The translations under genes and the position numbers were made by a program. The notes under the pieces were generated by a model. The model was given only the letters and a program-made list of their open reading frames with translations, was not told the DNA's origin and ran no database searches. A DNA stretch of 64,000 nucleotides from Nitrospirota bacterium (GTDB taxonomy: Bacteria > Nitrospirota > UBA9217), in assembly GCA_963663225.1 (NCBI GenBank), contig OY760142.1, positions 128,001-192,000 on the forward strand, written 5' to 3'. Below are positions 62,817-64,000 of this stretch, piece after piece. Position 1 is the stretch's first letter. Each line of letters begins with the position of its first letter.

Positions 62817-62835
62817 TTTTTCTGGTGGCTTTTTC
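62805..62835 (+). terminator. Riboswitch expression-platform terminator overlapping the P1 3' strand
   Basis: AGCCGCCAGA-GATTTT-TCTGGTGGCT followed by TTTT. Confidence 0.8.
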
Positions 62836-62857
62836 TATGAAACAAGGAGGTTGTCGC

Positions 62858-63232
62858 ATGCTAAATAAAACAATACTCACTCTTCTGGCGCTGATACTGG
62901 TAGCGACCCTACAAGCTGGATGTGGCGGAAGCAGCGGACCGACCTATTCGACATCCAGCTATGGAGCTGCAACATTATCTTGGAGCCGCGCGACAACCTA
63001 TACTGATGGTTCTACGCTCACTCCTGCGGGTTACAAAATCTACTACGGCACTGCTTCAGGAACATATTCACAATATAAGCAAATTCCCCTTGGAAGTCTG
63101 GGCAATCCAAACTCACCGAGCTACACTCTCAGCCTCCCGAGGGGCGCTACTTACTACTTTGCAATTGCGGTATACGATGCGTCAAATGTTGAAAGTTCTT
63201 TATCTGCCGAAGTAAGCAAAACTGTTCGATAA
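62858..63232 (+). CDS. Lipoprotein with a fibronectin type III domain
   Basis: SD AGGAGG; lipobox-like LQAGC; ATLSWS...AGYKIYYGTASGTY...YYFAIAVYDASNVES.LS.EV. Confidence 0.85.
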   Translation: MLNKTILTLLALILVATLQAGCGGSSGPTYSTSSYGAATLSWSRATTYTDGSTLTPAGYKIYYGTASGTYSQYKQIPLGSLGNPNSPSYTLSLPRGATYYFAIAVYDASNVESSLSAEVSKTVR

Positions 63233-63303
63233 TCTGAAATCTGATAGCCGGTTTTTACACATGAATATAGGACACGCGGAATAATACTTGAGGAGACAGT
63301 ATT

Positions 63304-64000
63304 ATGAAAAAAATCACAAAAAATAAACTAATCTGCTACTTTTTATTAGCAGTAGTCCTCACCATCACTTCAATCATCGTTCTCTGCAACTCCGCCCAAG
63401 CTGATCCGGTTTTGCTTTTTTCCGACCTCAACTGGGGTCCAAAATCCGGTTGGGAAGGATCTACAACCAAAGGCGCGGCAGTCACCATCTGGGGAAAAAA
63501 TTTCAGCAGTTCCCGAGGCTCCAGCTATGTCACCATTAACGGAGCGCAGCTCACAAGCGCTTCTGACTATGCTGAATGGGGCGCTACCGGTCCTGCAAGG
63601 GGTCTTGAAAGAATAACGTTCTGGATCCCCAGTACCGCATCAAACGGCGACGGTCAAATTACCGTAACCGTGGGCGGCGTCACATCGAATTCACTCGCTT
63701 TCACCGTGATGACGGGATCAATCTACTTTATATCCGTGAATGATGGAAACAACAGTTACAATGGATTATACTCAACCCGTACCGGCCACACAGGTAGTGA
63801 TGGTCCATTCAAGGACATCGACATGTTTAATCCCAACTATAACCCGCAAGGGAGCACCGGTTCATATATTATCTATGTGCGAGGTGGGACCTATACCACA
63901 ACAGACCGTGTCAATGATCCAAATGCCTTTGTTGCCTTGAGAGGACCCTGCGGTTCATCGTCAAGCAGACACGCGCTGATCGGTTATCCGGCTGAGACTC
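63304..64000 (+). CDS. Secreted protein with IPT/TIG-like domain followed by a probable beta-helix; runs off the window
   Basis: Manual translation MKKITKNKLICYFLLAVV...AQADPVLLFSDLNWGPKSG...VTIWGKNF...ITVTVGGVTSNSLAFTV...IYFISVNDGNNSYNG...GPFKDI...IYVRGGTY...GYPAE; SD GAGGAG. Confidence 0.8.
   Translation, partial: MKKITKNKLICYFLLAVVLTITSIIVLCNSAQADPVLLFSDLNWGPKSGWEGSTTKGAAVTIWGKNFSSSRGSSYVTINGAQLTSASDYAEWGATGPARGLERITFWIPSTASNGDGQITVTVGGVTSNSLAFTVMTGSIYFISVNDGNNSYNGLYSTRTGHTGSDGPFKDIDMFNPNYNPQGSTGSYIIYVRGGTYTTTDRVNDPNAFVALRGPCGSSSSRHALIGYPAET

Noticed and set aside
62795-62857. Upstream ATG extending the FN3 lipoprotein to 145 aa
   Set aside because: It lies inside the riboswitch and terminator; ATG 62858 has AGGAGG and begins the signal peptide.
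1-64000. CRISPR arrays, IS elements, prophage or defence systems
   Set aside because: No regularly spaced repeats and no transposase, integrase, phage or defence motifs were seen in any ORF.

Overview
Mostly core-genome DNA from a Gram-negative bacterium; gene order and protein style suggest Nitrospirota or Desulfobacterota (inference). Contents in order: partial cell-wall amidase; tRNA-Val-thrS-infC-rpmI-rplT; pdxJ-acpS-nnr-CBS-tsaE-nadK-udg-HIT-mutS; lactate permease; patatin-GlpQ-GlpD; a surface-glycan cluster (MarR-type regulator, Wzx, GT2s, TMTC-like GT-C protein, DUF2304); an accessory patch (EamA remnant, mug, two hybrid kinases, Ntn hydrolase); alr-mlaEFD-galU-lon-thiL; a sigma54 two-component locus; and Crp-manC-manB-nucleotide-sugar dehydrogenase. 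Two features stand out. (1) At 62.6-64 kb, a c-di-GMP-I (GEMM-I) riboswitch carries A at the ligand-discriminating position 20, the 3',3'-cGAMP-type variant. It is wired as a terminator-based ON switch, preceded by a CRP box in class II geometry, divergent from a Crp protein lacking the cAMP-binding Arg, and lies upstream of secreted FN3 and IPT/beta-helix proteins. (2) At 52.8-57.1 kb, a sigma54 activator is flanked by two reciprocally defective histidine kinases, a possible split kinase. No CRISPR array, IS element, prophage or rRNA was seen. All calls were made by eye from sequence motifs; no database searches were run.
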